DNA from: Patescibacteria group bacterium
GTDB lineage: Bacteria > Patescibacteriota > Patescibacteriia > PEXW01
Reading direction: 5' to 3'
Assembly: GCA_041665345.1 (NCBI GenBank)
Contig: JBAYJA010000003.1
Location: 103,202 to 167,201 of the forward strand
Length of the DNA: 64,000 bases
Below the pieces are notes generated by a model that made no database searches, was not told the origin of the DNA, and saw nothing but the letters and a program-made list of their open reading frames with translations. The translations under genes and the position numbers were made by a program. Below are positions 27,206-36,100 of the stretch, piece by piece. Every line of letters starts with the position of its first letter. Position 1 is the first letter of the stretch.

Positions 27206-27539
27206 TCTCCACAAAATTGAACTTAAAGGCCACGTAGCAAAAGTCTTCTTTGCTCAAATTTCGAACTTCGTGCACATCATTTGGTTCAACAATGAGCACG
27301 TCGCCCACCTGGAGTGGGATGACTTTTCCATTGACGCTAAATTCCCCCGCGGTGTTCAGGAAGTAGAAGATTTCCGTCTGCTGTTTGTGGTAGTGGTTTT
27401 CCGCAACCTGCCCAGGCGCAATGCGGAGCTCTTGAACCAGTAAGCCCGGTTGCTGCAAATCTTCCGGCGTGGCGTAGATGCGCTTACTGTAGCCGGGTTT
27501 GTGCTGCCAAGGAGTTTGTGATGCAGGAATGTGGCGCAT
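27171..27539 (-). CDS. Cupin domain protein
   Basis: HYHKQQTEIFY, GDVLIVEPNDVH. Confidence 0.85.
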   Translation of the reverse strand: MRHIPASQTPWQHKPGYSKRIYATPEDLQQPGLLVQELRIAPGQVAENHYHKQQTEIFYFLNTAGEFSVNGKVIPLQVGDVLIVEPNDVHEVRNLSKEDFCYVAFKFNFVENDYFENEKTAT

Positions 27540-27616
27540 AGTGCCCTTACCATACCGTTTCAGCTTGGGTGGAGCAAGCCTTGCTCATCCGCCTCTACCA
27601 GGCTACGCTGACGCAT

Positions 27617-27976
27617 ATGGAAAATACCCTAACAACCAAAAAGTGCGTTCCGTGTGAAGGCGGCGTACCCACGCTGACGGATGTCGAAGTGCAGAAGTTA
27701 CTTCCGCAGGTGCCAGAGTGGAAAGTGGTTTTATCAACGGAAGACGGACAACATGTGGCTACACTCCAACGGGAAGTGAAGTTTAAAGACTTCCGAGAGG
27801 CAATGGCCTTCTTGCGGAAAGTGGAAGAGGTGGCAGAAGCCGAAGGTCACCACCCAGACTTTTCCGTGCACTATAATAAGGTCCACTTCACCTTGTGGAC
27901 GCATGCTATTGGCGGCTTGCATGAGAATGACTTTATTCTCGCTGCGAAGATTGACAAAATACTGATTGCAGTTTAA
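27617..27976 (+). CDS. Pterin-4a-carbinolamine dehydratase
   Basis: CVPCEGG, AEAEGHHPD, WTHAIGGLHENDFILAAKID. Confidence 0.92.
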   Translation: MENTLTTKKCVPCEGGVPTLTDVEVQKLLPQVPEWKVVLSTEDGQHVATLQREVKFKDFREAMAFLRKVEEVAEAEGHHPDFSVHYNKVHFTLWTHAIGGLHENDFILAAKIDKILIAV

Positions 27977-28030
27977 GATAGGCAGCCCTGAACATTGAAA
28001 AGTGAAATCCTATAGATAGAGAGAGGGAAC

Positions 28031-28576
28031 ATGATCCTCAGCGCACAATCACTTCGTAGCCGTGCTTTTGTCATTCAGTTTTTCGCCCTCATGGCAGAGT
28101 TCGGGCACGAAATTCCTTGGCTGCAGCCATTACAGGGCTTACAATATGCTACAAACCGCGAGCATTTTCGTGACCAACTTTTGCAAAGACTATGTCGGCA
28201 CGATGAAGAAATTGTCCCTCTGCAGCTTTTGACTCCTGATCGATCGCGAACGTTTGTTGGTAGCATCTTGCATTTTCCACGATCACCCGAAGTATTCCAA
28301 GACCCCAAGAACCGCCAAATCGCTGCTGCATTGAATGAGCAAGGCTATCAGTACATTTCTTGTCTGCAAATTAGGGACGTTCATCGTCAAAGTGGACATG
28401 GGAATGTGTTGATGCGTCGCGTCCTTCGCTCCATTCGCAAAGAGCAAGGGCAAGTGTGGGGAGTTGTATCGCAGCTACCAATTTTGGCTTGGTATAAAAA
28501 TTTAGGGGCGACCGTACACAGTTCTTTTGAAAATCAAGACAACCTTTGGATTGTCTCATGGCCAAAAGATGCATAA
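28031..28576 (+). CDS. GNAT family acetyltransferase
   Basis: HRQSGHGNVLM motif A, WYKNLGA. Confidence 0.7.
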   Translation: MILSAQSLRSRAFVIQFFALMAEFGHEIPWLQPLQGLQYATNREHFRDQLLQRLCRHDEEIVPLQLLTPDRSRTFVGSILHFPRSPEVFQDPKNRQIAAALNEQGYQYISCLQIRDVHRQSGHGNVLMRRVLRSIRKEQGQVWGVVSQLPILAWYKNLGATVHSSFENQDNLWIVSWPKDA

Positions 28577-28610
28577 TGTATTACTGACCACACACTCGTG
28601 TGGTCTTTTT

Positions 28611-29084
28611 TTACGCTACGAACATCGAGTACACTAGCTCATCCATGCCAAAGCGGAAGTGATTCCGAAGTACCGCCTCCTGCTCCATGCCCTTGGTAGC
28701 AAAGAAGTGCTTCAGGTGCTGGTTGTCTGCGTGGATGAGGGAGAAGACTTTGTGTAATCTGCTGTTGCGCTGGTGGAAATACCAGTCTGCTTCGGCGAGG
28801 GCAGCGTCAAAGAGCTGCTCCTTTATGCCCACGGGGTCAGGGTAATTCCGTAGCACGGCCAAGCGGGTCACTTCTGCCACGCCGTGGTGTGCCGCGCCTT
28901 GGGGTCGCCAGGAGATAATGCCAATAACCCGCTCATCATCCAGAGCAATGCGCATGTGCTGGTGCCGGCATTCGCCCTCAAAAGCATCTTTGGCTTCTTC
29001 CAAGGAACTGAAGCGATACTTTGCCATGAAAAGGCGAGCAATAGCGTCTCCGTCATTCGGGGTAGGTCGGCGCACAGTGATCAT
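28611..29084 (-). CDS. GNAT-like acetyltransferase
   Basis: VIGIISW, AEVTRLAV, HADN..LKHFFATKGMEQEAVLRNHF. Confidence 0.7.
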   Translation of the reverse strand: MITVRRPTPNDGDAIARLFMAKYRFSSLEEAKDAFEGECRHQHMRIALDDERVIGIISWRPQGAAHHGVAEVTRLAVLRNYPDPVGIKEQLFDAALAEADWYFHQRNSRLHKVFSLIHADNQHLKHFFATKGMEQEAVLRNHFRFGMDELVYSMFVA

Positions 29085-29254
29085 GATTTTTCTTAGGTTA
29101 GATTTTTTTGCGGAGAGTGCAGTATAGCGAAGCGTGCGAAAAAAACAAGTCACAGAGGAATTACAGTGCTGTATTAAAATATTTTTCAAAATAAAAAACG
29201 GGTTACCTTTGCAGGTAACCCGAAATGTGCGAATGACGTATTGCCGATAGTTGC

Positions 29255-32200
29255 TTACTGGATAGAGCCAGTAGCATTGGGCTGGTCTGGCTGCGACCGA
29301 GGCTTGCCCGCACCCAACTTCTCAATTACCTGAGCAAGCGGCGTGCCAGCAATCATCGATTTGATTGACTCTAGGCCACCTTGGCCAAGCAGAAATCCCA
29401 GAGCGCCCCCAGCTTCCGGCAGGTGTTCTGCGAGCGCAGCTAGTACCTGCTTGTCGCCGAGACCCTCAAGGGCTTCAATGAGTCCGGTCTGAATTGCACC
29501 AAACTGCTTCGCCACGGCATCAGCACCTGCACCAACGAGATCTTTTTGAATGCTGGCAAGTTCTTGCTCAAGCTTCACGCGCAAGGCATTCTTGCCTTCC
29601 ACGATTTCCTCTTGCAATTCCTCGTCGCTCTTCAATTGATCGCGTTTTTGATCCGCAGCCTTCTTGTCGCGCTCGCGTTGCTTGTCCGCTTTTTGGTCAA
29701 GCACCGCATCCTCGTTATTTCTCGCGAGTAGAGCAACCTCGTGCATTTTCTCAGCCTTGTCTTTCGCGATGTTGTGGTCAACTTCGTTCTGTTTCAAGCC
29801 AAGTTCTGATTTTCGGATGAGCGCTGCTTCGTCGAGCTCCACCTGTTCATCAGCCACGGTATTACGTAGCTTGTTCGACTCGAGTGTTGCTTTCAGGTTT
29901 GCATCACTAATCTGTCGGATGACTGTTTCGCGCTGAGATTTTTCCATCACGCCGGCGACATCGTCGTCGGGTATAGCGATTTCCAGAACCTCAACTTCAT
30001 CAACGAGCATGTTGTTCGCCAACTTCAATCCTGTGCGGTGCTCTCCTTCTTTTTTCGAACCGAGAACGACATCACGCACAAAATCCGGAATGATCGGCTG
30101 CAACTCCATGAGCGACTTGGCACGTGCGGCAGCCCGAAGGCGACTTCGCAAGTGGGTGTAGAGCAAGCGGACGTAGTTGCGGTGGTCGAACCACTTGTAC
30201 TGCTCCTCCCTGGTTTCACCTCTGAATGTCACACCGTAGCTGACATCCACCTTGATGGTAACGAAGTCAGAGGTTTCCAAATCGATGCGATCTGTAACCC
30301 GATTGCCGCTGACCCGAAGGAAGCAGGTTTCTACCTTCCTTACTTCGGACTTCGGCCGGCCAGCGCTCAGCGTGAGCTTCTCAAGCCACTCTTCGTAGCC
30401 GAGGAGCTCCGTACACGGTCCAATAACCACCCGACGGCCTTCTTTGCTGGTGACCAGCACTGCTTCATTATTGGGAATAATAATGGAGAGTGCCCACGGC
30501 GTTTTGACGATTTCCGTGTCAGACACCATTTTGTGTGGCTCAGCGCGGCCAATCATCAGGTTCCAGGCCCGGCCCGGAACGCTACGGTGGACGTGCTTGT
30601 GCTTGCGCGGATCAAGGAGGAGCTTTTTTTCCCCTTTGACCAGTTCAATCTGCCCAGTCTCGACATTCATCACGTAGACGCCACTTTTCTGGTCGACACC
30701 AATGGCTTGGACGTATACCTTCGCGTGGTCATTCCCAATGTGGGGAATGCGCGATTCAGGGTCAATGACCTCGAATGAGTTCGATGGTACTAAATATGCA
30801 TCAAAACCCGCGATGAAGACCTCGTCACCCTTCAAGAACGTGACTTTGTCCAGCACGTTGCCGGGCAAGCCCTGGGGGAGTTCCTTGGTCAGATCATCTT
30901 TGGAGATTCGCTCCGCGATGATGCGGACGAGTAAGCCACGATCGCTGCGCAAATGGTACGCATCGTACACCCGGTTGCGTGAGCCCTTGGTCTGGAATCG
31001 ATCGTACGGTCCAGGGAATACGCGGCCCGGTCCTTTGTGGATTTGCGGTCGTCCATCGACGTCCAAGAGGACGCAGTATTCAGTTGGGCCCAGGACCACG
31101 GCTTGGCGTACCAAACGCGGACCTTCAGCGATCAACTTCAGATCGTCAACGGCAACACCACTGATAGTTCCTTCCTGCAGGTTGAGGTCAGGTTCCTCAA
31201 ATAGTTTTGCCGATTCCACCATTCTGGTGAGTGTAGGTGTCGGCAGCTGCTCAAGAGCGTACTTGATGGCATTCTGGTCAGTGTAGGAGCTTTCTCTTGC
31301 TCTCTGGACGTTCTTTAGAAACATCGACGCTTGGTCGGTTGGCAGCATTGCTTTCAAGCCGAGGACGTCTAGTTCGCCGGCTTGCACTTTTTTTTGGAGT
31401 CTGCCGATAATTACTGCCGGTTCAATCCCGGTTGTGGCGTAGGATGGTCCTCCGCGTTGAGCCGATGATCCTTTCGTCGCAGCAGCATCAGCGCTTTGAC
31501 GTTCGAACTTTTCCAGGAGTTGACGCGCCATATTTGGCGTCACGGGTCGGCCGGAATCATCAATGGATGTATCCGGGACAACTTCTATGCCGGTTGGCGG
31601 AATGTAGATCGGCGTTTTGGAACCCGGGATGACAATCTGCTGGCCAGTTCTTAAGCGTACCGCTGGAACTGGCTTCGCTGTTTCATTTGCCTTCGGTTGA
31701 TTGTTTGCATCACCAACCGGGGGCTTGTCTTCTCCTTCCACGTGTTCAGTGGTTCCATCGCTGGGCTCCACCTTCTTCCCTTCTTCTCCACTCTGAACAA
31801 GAGGTGCAGCCAAGGCTGTTGCATCGGCTACTGCGGCCGTAATGGTCGCACACTCTTGTGTGAGCGAGAAGAATGGTGCTTGCTCATCAACACTGTGTTC
31901 ATCGATGACACGGGCAATGAGGTATTCGTTCGATTGCAGCTCGTGCATCGGCCGAATTTCAATTCGCTGCCCAGGCCATATTGGGAAGTATCCCTCAGTC
32001 AGGACTTTTGTCTTGCCGTAGTTCAGCGCCTCGAGACTGTTTTTGTCAGCGGTGAACTGCCCATTCGGGTAGTTTTCTTTCAACGCCTTTACGGGGTTGT
32101 GGACGACTGCATACACACCAGGCCTGATGGTTACGAAGTCCTGCACCGCTTCAGCGAGACTCGCGGCGACAATAAGCCGGCTGGGGTTCTCTGGATCCTG

Positions 32201-32341
32201 TCTCAAAAATACGTCGTCATCAGTTGGCGTAAGCCGACATGGACCGACGTACATCCGCAAGCCGCCAGATTTCTCATCTCGGCACCATGCGAATTGACCG
32301 GGTTGCAACGGGATTTGCTTTACATCCGCGGGTAGTGGCAT
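29255..32341 (-). CDS. Major vault protein (MVP)-like protein
   Basis: Beta-repeat motifs (YVGP, IWPGQ, LQSNEYLIARV, YIPPTGIEVV, KGPGRVFP, RRVVIGP), SPFH-like shoulder (LETSDFVTIKVDVSY), long C-terminal coiled coil and cap-like end. Confidence 0.78.
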   Translation of the reverse strand: MPLPADVKQIPLQPGQFAWCRDEKSGGLRMYVGPCRLTPTDDDVFLRQDPENPSRLIVAASLAEAVQDFVTIRPGVYAVVHNPVKALKENYPNGQFTADKNSLEALNYGKTKVLTEGYFPIWPGQRIEIRPMHELQSNEYLIARVIDEHSVDEQAPFFSLTQECATITAAVADATALAAPLVQSGEEGKKVEPSDGTTEHVEGEDKPPVGDANNQPKANETAKPVPAVRLRTGQQIVIPGSKTPIYIPPTGIEVVPDTSIDDSGRPVTPNMARQLLEKFERQSADAAATKGSSAQRGGPSYATTGIEPAVIIGRLQKKVQAGELDVLGLKAMLPTDQASMFLKNVQRARESSYTDQNAIKYALEQLPTPTLTRMVESAKLFEEPDLNLQEGTISGVAVDDLKLIAEGPRLVRQAVVLGPTEYCVLLDVDGRPQIHKGPGRVFPGPYDRFQTKGSRNRVYDAYHLRSDRGLLVRIIAERISKDDLTKELPQGLPGNVLDKVTFLKGDEVFIAGFDAYLVPSNSFEVIDPESRIPHIGNDHAKVYVQAIGVDQKSGVYVMNVETGQIELVKGEKKLLLDPRKHKHVHRSVPGRAWNLMIGRAEPHKMVSDTEIVKTPWALSIIIPNNEAVLVTSKEGRRVVIGPCTELLGYEEWLEKLTLSAGRPKSEVRKVETCFLRVSGNRVTDRIDLETSDFVTIKVDVSYGVTFRGETREEQYKWFDHRNYVRLLYTHLRSRLRAAARAKSLMELQPIIPDFVRDVVLGSKKEGEHRTGLKLANNMLVDEVEVLEIAIPDDDVAGVMEKSQRETVIRQISDANLKATLESNKLRNTVADEQVELDEAALIRKSELGLKQNEVDHNIAKDKAEKMHEVALLARNNEDAVLDQKADKQRERDKKAADQKRDQLKSDEELQEEIVEGKNALRVKLEQELASIQKDLVGAGADAVAKQFGAIQTGLIEALEGLGDKQVLAALAEHLPEAGGALGFLLGQGGLESIKSMIAGTPLAQVIEKLGAGKPRSQPDQPNATGSIQ

Positions 32342-32461
32342 TGCTGCTCTCCTTGTGTTTGAATTGTGAAAAATGCATTCTTCACATTACATTCCTATGC
32401 AATGTGGTTATTTGTGTTTGACTGGCAATCTAACCAAATATAGAGGATTTTGTCAAATCCT

Positions 32462-32550
32462 GGGGCTTTTGGATAAAGCGAGGCTTCGAGTGACGGAGTA
32501 GCGGGAGACGTAAAAAACGGCTCACGCGGAACTGTGAGCGCGAAACGAGC
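32462..32550 (-). repeat. tRNA-associated structured repeat, copy D
   Basis: CCA-GCTCGTTTCG...CGAAGCCTCGCTTTATCC. Confidence 0.7.
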
Positions 32551-32600
32551 TGGTCTCAGACCACGAACAAAACCCGAGCATCAGCGAGGGACGCGTCGAG

Positions 32601-32687
32601 TGGTGCGGACGAGAGGACTCGAACCTCCAAGCCCTTGCGGGCACTACCACCTCAAGGTAGCGTGTCTACCAATTGCACCACGTCCGC
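32601..32687 (-). tRNA. tRNA-Leu(GAG)
   Basis: GCGGACG/CGTCCGC acceptor stem, CTACC-TTGAGGT-GGTAG, long variable arm, CCA; abuts the rplS stop codon. Confidence 0.95.
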
Positions 32688-33056
32688 CTAGGCTTTTGCC
32701 TTTTGCTTGGTTGTGTCTTTCCGCACTTCCTTCAAACGCTTCCGGTACCCCTTGCGGAGGTGAGACAGCGTTGCGCGGCGTACCCGGAATTGCTTCACCA
32801 CATCAATCTTCGCAATCGTGGGCGCGTGGACAGGGAAAATGCGTTCCACGCCAATCCCCTCGGAAACCTTGCGGACCGTAAAGGTGCCATGCAAACCCTG
32901 GCCATGGCGAACGTCCAAAATAGTACCCTCGAAGACCTGGATGCGCTCTTTGTCGCCTTCCTTAATCTTTTGGTGCACTTTCACCACCATACCTGGTTTC
33001 AGGACAGGCAGGTCTGTGCGTTGTTTGGCTTTAGCGGTTTCGCGGATGATATCCAT
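32688..33056 (-). CDS. rplS: 50S ribosomal protein L19
   Basis: [37 protein letters not shown]. Confidence 0.96.
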   Translation of the reverse strand: MDIIRETAKAKQRTDLPVLKPGMVVKVHQKIKEGDKERIQVFEGTILDVRHGQGLHGTFTVRKVSEGIGVERIFPVHAPTIAKIDVVKQFRVRRATLSHLRKGYRKRLKEVRKDTTKQKAKA

Positions 33057-33177
33057 ATGCTGTAGCAGTGTACGGATTGTGGCAGGGTTCGTCAAGGGCT
33101 AGACATTGAAGGCATCGTACGGCACCCGTTGCCGAATTCATACCTCTTGGTACTATACAGGCAAATGAGGAGGATAC

Positions 33178-33366
33178 ATGCAAAAGAATGAACCTTTCCA
33201 GGCTAAGGATTCATCGGTCGAATCCACGGTTGGGGCCAAAATTGTACCTAGGGAATCTTCCCTTCCATCAGGGCTCAAGCTGGTAGGAGATTCCATGTAC
33301 GTTGACACCGGCAGACGCGGATTGTTTCGGGCAATCAATGATTACCTGTTAGACGCATTTCGGTAG
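33178..33366 (+). CDS. Small hypothetical protein
   Basis: GAGGAGG SD, 62 aa. Confidence 0.5.
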   Translation: MQKNEPFQAKDSSVESTVGAKIVPRESSLPSGLKLVGDSMYVDTGRRGLFRAINDYLLDAFR

Positions 33367-33380
33367 GAGAAAGGAGAAAA

Positions 33381-33608
33381 ATGCGATACGCAGTTCTTTG
33401 GATTGATAGCCACGACAATAATGCGGCAGCGTTACAAGCTGCTGCAGAAGCGTGTCCCTCGCCTCGAGTTGTTATTCGGGACATTAGTAACTTTCACGGG
33501 ACCGACGCTTCCTCACCCCGGCTCTTCACCCCTGATGGTGGGGAAAGGACAGAAATCGCGAGTATCTTTGCCTACCTCCGAACGGGCGATGAGCTCGCAA
33601 CCCCCTAG
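33381..33608 (+). CDS. Small hypothetical protein
   Basis: AGGAG SD, 75 aa, terminator hairpin after. Confidence 0.55.
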   Translation: MRYAVLWIDSHDNNAAALQAAAEACPSPRVVIRDISNFHGTDASSPRLFTPDGGERTEIASIFAYLRTGDELATP

Positions 33609-33628
33609 TACAACCACCGGCCTCAGTT

Positions 33629-34369
33629 TTACTGAGGCCTTTTTTGTAAATTCGTCAGGAGGTCCTGCAGTACTGGCGGGAGCGGCGCTTCAAAGGCATG
33701 TCGGACGTCCGACAGGTCGGCAAACCCCAGTTTCCAACTGTGCAAGAAAGGTCGGTCAAAGGCAACTTTTTGCTTTACCCAGCGGCTGGCGTACACGGTG
33801 TCGCCGACAATTGGCAGACCAAAAGCCAGCAGGTGGGCGCGGATTTGGTTGGTGCGGCCAGTCTCAATGGTTACTTCCAAGAGTGACAGGTGGGTGAATT
33901 GCTCCTTCACCGCGTAGTGCGTCACGGCGTCTCGGGTGTGGTCGGTGGGTTTGGGTTGGGAGGCCATGCGGCCAGCGTTACGGCGCGAACGACCCAGGGG
34001 GAAGGAAATGGTTCCATCTGGTTTGCCAGGCACGCCATGGACCAGTGCCAGGTATTTTTTTTCCACCTCGTGATTCTGGAATTGCTTCTTCAAATGGTCG
34101 AACATCATTTGCGTGCGCGCCACGACCATGACGCCAGAGACATCCCGGTCCAGACGGTGCACAATGCCCGGGCGTTCGGGGTCTTCACCCACCCCTTGGA
34201 TTTCCGGGTACTTGGTTTGTAGCCAATCAACCAAGGTGTCTGCTTCTGGATGTTGCGGCGCAGCATGCACCAGCAAACCACTGGGTTTATCTAGGATAAG
34301 GTAGTCAGGGGTTTCAGAAATAATGTGTGGTTCACCCAGCACCACTTCTTTGCTCTCATTTTTTGTCAT
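33629..34369 (-). CDS. RluA family pseudouridine synthase
   Basis: DKPSGLLVH, GIVHRLDRDVSG, TGRTNQIR, PIVGD.VY. Confidence 0.93.
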   Translation of the reverse strand: MTKNESKEVVLGEPHIISETPDYLILDKPSGLLVHAAPQHPEADTLVDWLQTKYPEIQGVGEDPERPGIVHRLDRDVSGVMVVARTQMMFDHLKKQFQNHEVEKKYLALVHGVPGKPDGTISFPLGRSRRNAGRMASQPKPTDHTRDAVTHYAVKEQFTHLSLLEVTIETGRTNQIRAHLLAFGLPIVGDTVYASRWVKQKVAFDRPFLHSWKLGFADLSDVRHAFEAPLPPVLQDLLTNLQKRPQ

Positions 34370-35090
34370 AGTGGTGCTGGGTGAAAGCATGAACAGGTTC
34401 GATTCCGGCTTTGCGGAGCCATTCGTGGAGGGTTGGCAGGTCATCCTGGGCTTTGGCAAACTCCTGTTCCCAAATACGCTTAGGGATACGAAGCTGGCCC
34501 GCCTGGCGGACGACCGTACGGAGACCTTCCCACGTAATGGGTTCTATGGCAAATCCCAGTTGGGTGGCAAAACGCAGGCAGCGGAGGATGCGGGTGTGAT
34601 CTTCAGCAAAGCGTACTTCTGGGTTTCCCACGGTTCGCAGGGTTTTCTGGTTGGTATCCACTTGTCCATGGAAAGGATCAACCAGTTCTCCGGTTCGCGT
34701 ATTGACGGCCATGGCGTTGATGGTGAAGTCCCGGCGCTGCAAGTCAGTTTCCATTGGCAGCTCAGGGTCCGGCACAGCCTGGGTGTCGTGGTACGCGCCG
34801 TTTGCATCTGTTTGTTCACTCCGAGGCAGCGCAATGTCTACAGCTTCATCACCAATGGTCAGCGTGAGCACGCCCCAGCGCGCACCTTTCTCATCAACTG
34901 TACCAATGGACTGAAGCGCAGCACGAAGTTCGTCAATTGGCAGGTTGCGAACCACCAGATCCAGGTCAGTCGTGGGCCGGTTGAGGAGTGCATCCCGAAC
35001 CGATCCACCCACGACAAAAAGTTCTGCTGTTGTGGGTAGCGCTTGGAGGATTTTTTGGATGGTGGGGTGGTTTTTTACTTGGGTGACCAT
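34356..35090 (-). CDS. Class II tRNA nucleotidyltransferase/poly(A) polymerase family, short form
   Basis: VVGGSVRD, DLD, RRDFTINAMA, EDHTRILRCLRF; only 244 aa. Confidence 0.85.
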   Translation of the reverse strand: MVTQVKNHPTIQKILQALPTTAELFVVGGSVRDALLNRPTTDLDLVVRNLPIDELRAALQSIGTVDEKGARWGVLTLTIGDEAVDIALPRSEQTDANGAYHDTQAVPDPELPMETDLQRRDFTINAMAVNTRTGELVDPFHGQVDTNQKTLRTVGNPEVRFAEDHTRILRCLRFATQLGFAIEPITWEGLRTVVRQAGQLRIPKRIWEQEFAKAQDDLPTLHEWLRKAGIEPVHAFTQHHYDKK

Positions 35091-35788
35091 ATACGGAAGT
35101 ACTCTTTTGCGAGCAGCGCTGTGACCACATACGCCGGGAATCCAGTAAATGCAGCACGGCCATCCATTTGCGATTTGTGGCAGCAGACGGCGCGGCGTTT
35201 CACTACAGCGTTGATGGGGATAGTGAGGTTGGGCTGGAGAAAGTGGATGGTGCGGGCGTAGTTGGGTGATTTTCGGCGGGCGTACAGGAACGCTTTGGCG
35301 TTGCGCTGGACGCGTGGGGGCAGAACGGCAGCGGCAAATGGGAGCTGCAGTTTTTTGGCCAACTTCCGCCCAACCTCGCCGGCGGCTACGTGGTCATGGT
35401 GGCCAGTAATACCGCAAGGACCAAAGCTGACTACAACCTCTGGCTGGAAAGTTTTTGCCAGGGTGAAAAGTTTTTTACCAAAGGCCACGGCGTGCTTCTG
35501 GAGCTGGCCATCAGGGAAGTTCCAGGTGACCAGCTTCGTGACTCGGAGGATTTTTGCAGCATGTTCCAGCTCTTTGCAACGGCAGGCGGCAAGCTCGTGG
35601 CTGGTCATGGGTAGGCGGACGTGTGAGACGCCCTGCTCCCCTTTCGTGCCGCAGACCAGGAGATTCTGTCCACCCGCCTTTGCATTCGCTGCTAAGGTTC
35701 CGGCCATAACGTAACTCTCATCATCTGGGTGGGCAGTGATGATGAGCAAGCGTTTCCCAAGGATGGGGTGTGATGATGGAACCTGCAT
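35075..35788 (-). CDS. PIG-L family deacetylase
   Basis: AHPDDE, T.GE.G, GHHDH, HKSQ. Confidence 0.9.
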   Translation of the reverse strand: MQVPSSHPILGKRLLIITAHPDDESYVMAGTLAANAKAGGQNLLVCGTKGEQGVSHVRLPMTSHELAACRCKELEHAAKILRVTKLVTWNFPDGQLQKHAVAFGKKLFTLAKTFQPEVVVSFGPCGITGHHDHVAAGEVGRKLAKKLQLPFAAAVLPPRVQRNAKAFLYARRKSPNYARTIHFLQPNLTIPINAVVKRRAVCCHKSQMDGRAAFTGFPAYVVTALLAKEYFRIWSPK

Positions 35789-35855
35789 AATCCCAGTATA
35801 CCCCATGGGGGTATTTGCACAGTTCAGGAATACTCGTAGTATGGGGAGTGGGCAT

Positions 35856-36100
35856 GGGCGCGTAGCTCAGTTGGTAGAGCGGGTGTCTTACCCGCCTCCC
35901 GGAGTACGGCGTAGAGTAGCACATTCTTATATTCCTTGATTGTTGAAGCGCGCCTAGCTCAACTGGTTAGAGCAGTCGTCTTATACACGACCGGTTCCTG
36001 GTTCGAGTCCAGGGGCGCGCACCAACAGTTTTGGAGTACAGATCCGTACGGCGGGCAGGTACACACCTGGTCCTAGGTTCGAGTCCTAGCGCGCCCACCA
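35856..36100 (+). tRNA. Interrupted outer tRNA gene (Ile-UAU or Val-UAC) with a 169-nt insert in the anticodon loop
   Basis: 5' half GGGCGCG-TA-GCTCAGTTGGTAGAGC-G-GGTGT-CTTA; 3' half TAC-ACACC...CTAGG-TTCGAGT-CCTAG-CGCGCCC-ACCA; all stems pair. Confidence 0.8.
35948..36024 (+). tRNA. tRNA-Ile(UAU), nested inside the outer tRNA
   Basis: GCGCGCC/GGCGCGC acceptor stem, GTCGT-CTTATAC-ACGAC, CCTGG-TTCGAGT-CCAGG, ACCA. Confidence 0.9.

Noticed and set aside
35891-36059. Group I or II intron in the outer tRNA
   Set aside because: Only about 90 nt remain outside the nested tRNA, and no P7/P4 core or domain V is recognisable
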